The notes beneath the pieces are model-generated. The model was not told the DNA's origin. It searched no databases and saw only the letters and a program-made list of their open reading frames with translations. The position numbers were made by a program, and so were the translations under genes. 64,000 bases of DNA from Eledone cirrhosa (taxonomy: Eukaryota), in assembly GCA_964016885.1 (NCBI GenBank), contig OZ024744.1:110174001-110238000 (forward strand), in the 5' to 3' direction. This document shows positions 61,626-64,000 of the stretch, one piece after another. Position 1 is the first letter of the stretch. Each line of letters begins with the position of its first letter.

Positions 61626-64000
61626 ACTTACCTTGCCCTGAACACAGTAAAACTACACAATCCACTATAACTTACCTTGCCCTGAACACAGTAAATCTAC
61701 ATAATCCACTATAACTTACCTTGCCCTGAACACAGTAAAACTACACAATCCACTATAACTTACCTTGCCCTGAACACAGTAAAACTACACAATCCACTAT
61801 AAATTACCTTGCCCTGAACACAGTAAAACTACACAATCCACTATAACTTACTTTGCCCTGAACACAGTAAAACTACACAATCCACTATAACTTACCTTGC
61901 CCTGAACACTGTAAAACTACATAATCCACTATAACTTACCTTGCCCTGAAACAGTAAAACTACACAAACCACTATAACTTACCTTGCCCTGAACACAGTA
62001 AAACTACACAATCCACTATAACTTACCTTGCCCTGAACACAGTAAAACTACACAATCCACTATAACTTACCTTGCCCTGAACACAGTAAAACTACACAAT
62101 CCACTATAACTTACCTTGCCCTGAACACAGTAAAACTACACGATCCACTATAACTTACCTTGCCCTGAACACAGTAAAACTACACGATCCACTATAACTT
62201 ACCTTGCCCTGAACACAGTAAAACTACACAATCCACTATAACTAACCTTGCTCTGAACACAGTAAAACTATACAATCCACCATAACTTACCTTGCCCTGA
62301 ACACAGTAAAACTACACAATCCACTATAACTTACCTTGACCTGAACAGAGTAAAACTACACAATCCACTATAACTTACCTTGCACTGGACACAGTAAAAC
62401 TACACAACCCACTATAACTTACCTTGCCCTGAACACACTAAAACTACACAATCCACTATAACTTACCTTGCACTGGACACAGTAAAACTACACAACCCAC
62501 TATAACTTACCTTGCCCTGAACACAGAAAACTACACAATCCACTATAACTTAACTGGCCCTGAACACAGTAAAACTACACAATCCACCATGAATTACCTT
62601 GCCCTGAACACAGTAAAACTACACAATCCACTATAACTTACCTTGACCTGAACAGAGTAAAACTACACAATCCACTATAACTTACCTTGACCTGAACAGA
62701 GTAAAACTACACAATCCACTATAACTTACCTTGCCCTGAACACAGTAAAACTACACAATCCACTATAACTTACCTTGACCTGAACAGAGTAAAACTACAC
62801 AATCCACTATAACTTACCTTGCACTGAAAACGGTAAAACTACACAACCCACTATAACTTACCTTGCCCTGAACATAGTAAAAGAACGTAATCCACTATAA
62901 CTTACCTTCCTTTGAACACAGTAAAACTACACAATCCACTATAATTTACCTTGCCCTGAACACAGTAAAACTACAAGATCCACTATAACTTACCTTGCTC
63001 TGAACACAGTAAAACTACATAATCCACTATAACTTACCTTGCCCTGAACACAGTAAAACTAACACAATCCACTATAACTTACCTTGCCCTGAACACAGTA
63101 AAACTACACAATCCACTATAACTTACCTTGCCCTGAATACAGTAAAACTACACAATCCACTATAAATTACGTTGCCCTGAACATACTAAAACTACACAAT
63201 CTTCTATAACTTACCTTGCCCTGATCACAGTAAAACTACACAATCCACTATAACTTTCCTTGCCCTGAACACAGTAAAACTACAAAACCCACTATAACAT
63301 ACCTTGCCCTGAACACAGTAAAACTACACAATCCACTGTAACTTACCTTGCCCTGAACACAGTAAAACTACACAATCCACTATAACTTACCTTGCCCTGA
63401 ACACAGTAAAACTGCATAATCCACTATAACTTACCTTGCCGTGAACACAGTAAAACTACACAATCCACTATAACTTACCTTGCCCTGAACACAGTAAAAC
63501 TACACAATCCACTATAAATTACCTTGCCCTGAACACAGTAAAACTACACAATCCACTATAACTTACTTTGCCCTGAACACAGTAAAACTACACAATCCAC
63601 TATAATTTACCTTGCCCTGAACACAGTAAAACTACAAGATCCACTATAACTTACCTTGCTCTGAACACAGTAAAACTACATAATCCACTATAACTTACCT
63701 TGCCCTGAACACAGTAAAACTAACACAATCCACTATAACTTACCTTGCCCTGAACACAGTAAAACTACACAATCCACTATAAATTACGTTGCCCTGAACA
63801 TACTAAAACTACACAATCTTCTATAACTTACCTTGCCCTGAACACAGTAAAACTACACAATCCACTGTAACTTACCTTGCCCTGAACACAGTAAAACTAC
63901 ACAATCCACTATAACTAACCTTGACCTGAACACAGTAAAACTACACAATCCACTATAACTTACCTTGTCCTGAACAGACTAAAACTACACAATCCACTAT

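Larger units (their letters stand above)
1..64000. repeat. Tandem satellite array of a 44-bp monomer (CACTATAACTTACCTTGCYCTGAACACAGTAAAACTACACAATC), about 1,450 copies, running off both window ends
   Basis: The monomer recurs every 44 nt from position 1 (1-44, next copy at 45) to the window end. Copies differ by a few substitutions, occasional 1-nt indels, 26-bp deletion monomers and a 4-bp duplication. No non-repeat insert was seen. Confidence 0.99.
1..64000 (-). other. Repeated splice-site-like unit in each consensus monomer: acceptor TTTTACTGTGTTCAG, 6-nt exon GGCAAG/AGCAAG, donor GTAAGT (function unproven)
   Basis: The reverse complement of the monomer is GATTGTGTAGTTTTACTGTGTTCAG-GGCAAG-GTAAGTTATAGTG. 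Example on + coordinates: AG at 65-64, exon 63-58, GT at 57-56. The motifs are seen directly; use in splicing is inference only. Confidence 0.3.

Noticed and set aside
1-64000. CRISPR array
   Set aside because: Units abut directly with no unique spacers, and there is no leader or cas gene.
1-64000. Unspliced repetitive protein-coding ORF
   Set aside because: The monomer has TAA/TGA/TAA on + and TAA/TAG/TAG on -. Because 44 is not a multiple of 3, every frame stops within about three monomers.
1-64000. U1 snRNA genes
   Set aside because: Only the 8-mer ACTTACCT matches. The U1 body, stem-loops and Sm site are absent.
1-64000. Spliced-leader RNA gene array (CAAG|GTAAG resembles SL exon ends)
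   Set aside because: The unit is only 44 bp, with no recognisable SL exon, no RAU4-6GR Sm site and no convincing hairpin.
1-64000. Telomerase-type telomeric repeat or G-quadruplex array
   Set aside because: The 44-bp unit is longer than typical telomerase repeats and shows inherited kb-scale variant blocks. The minus strand has at most one GGG run per unit.
1-64000. Strict conservation of the GT/AG dinucleotides as proof of splicing
   Set aside because: Many recurrent variants destroy the donor (TTAAATT, TTAACTGG, TTAGCTT, TTATCTT) or the acceptor (CCATG, CATTG, CCCCG, CCAGA), so purifying selection is not evident by eye.
1-64000. A single fixed higher-order repeat period
   Set aside because: Marker offsets vary by region (88, 1846, 1934, 2420, 2929, 3396, 3441, 4149, 8371 bp).

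Overview
The whole 64 kb window is one uninterrupted head-to-tail tandem array, most likely a eukaryotic satellite. The 44-bp monomer consensus on + is CACTATAACTTACCTTGC(C/T)CTGAACACAGTAAAACTACACAATC, about 1,450 copies (64000/44), about 39% GC, and all copies I read are in one orientation. I found no unique sequence, unspliced ORF, RNA gene, transposon or CRISPR spacer. Diagnostic variants show nested higher-order structure: an 88-bp dimer, tandem duplications of about 1.85, 1.93, 2.4, 2.9, 3.4 and 8.4 kb, a 4.15 kb-offset copy, a recurrent ordered variant cassette, and a ~3.3 kb block repeated ~54 kb away. The most unusual signal is on the minus strand, where each consensus monomer reads ...TTTTACTGTGTTCAG|GGCAAG|GTAAGT..., i.e. 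a 3' splice acceptor, a 6-nt micro-exon and a perfect U1-type 5' donor, giving a 6-nt exon/38-nt GT-AG intron unit. Whether it is transcribed or spliced cannot be determined from the sequence. All offsets were counted by eye, and block boundaries are approximate.
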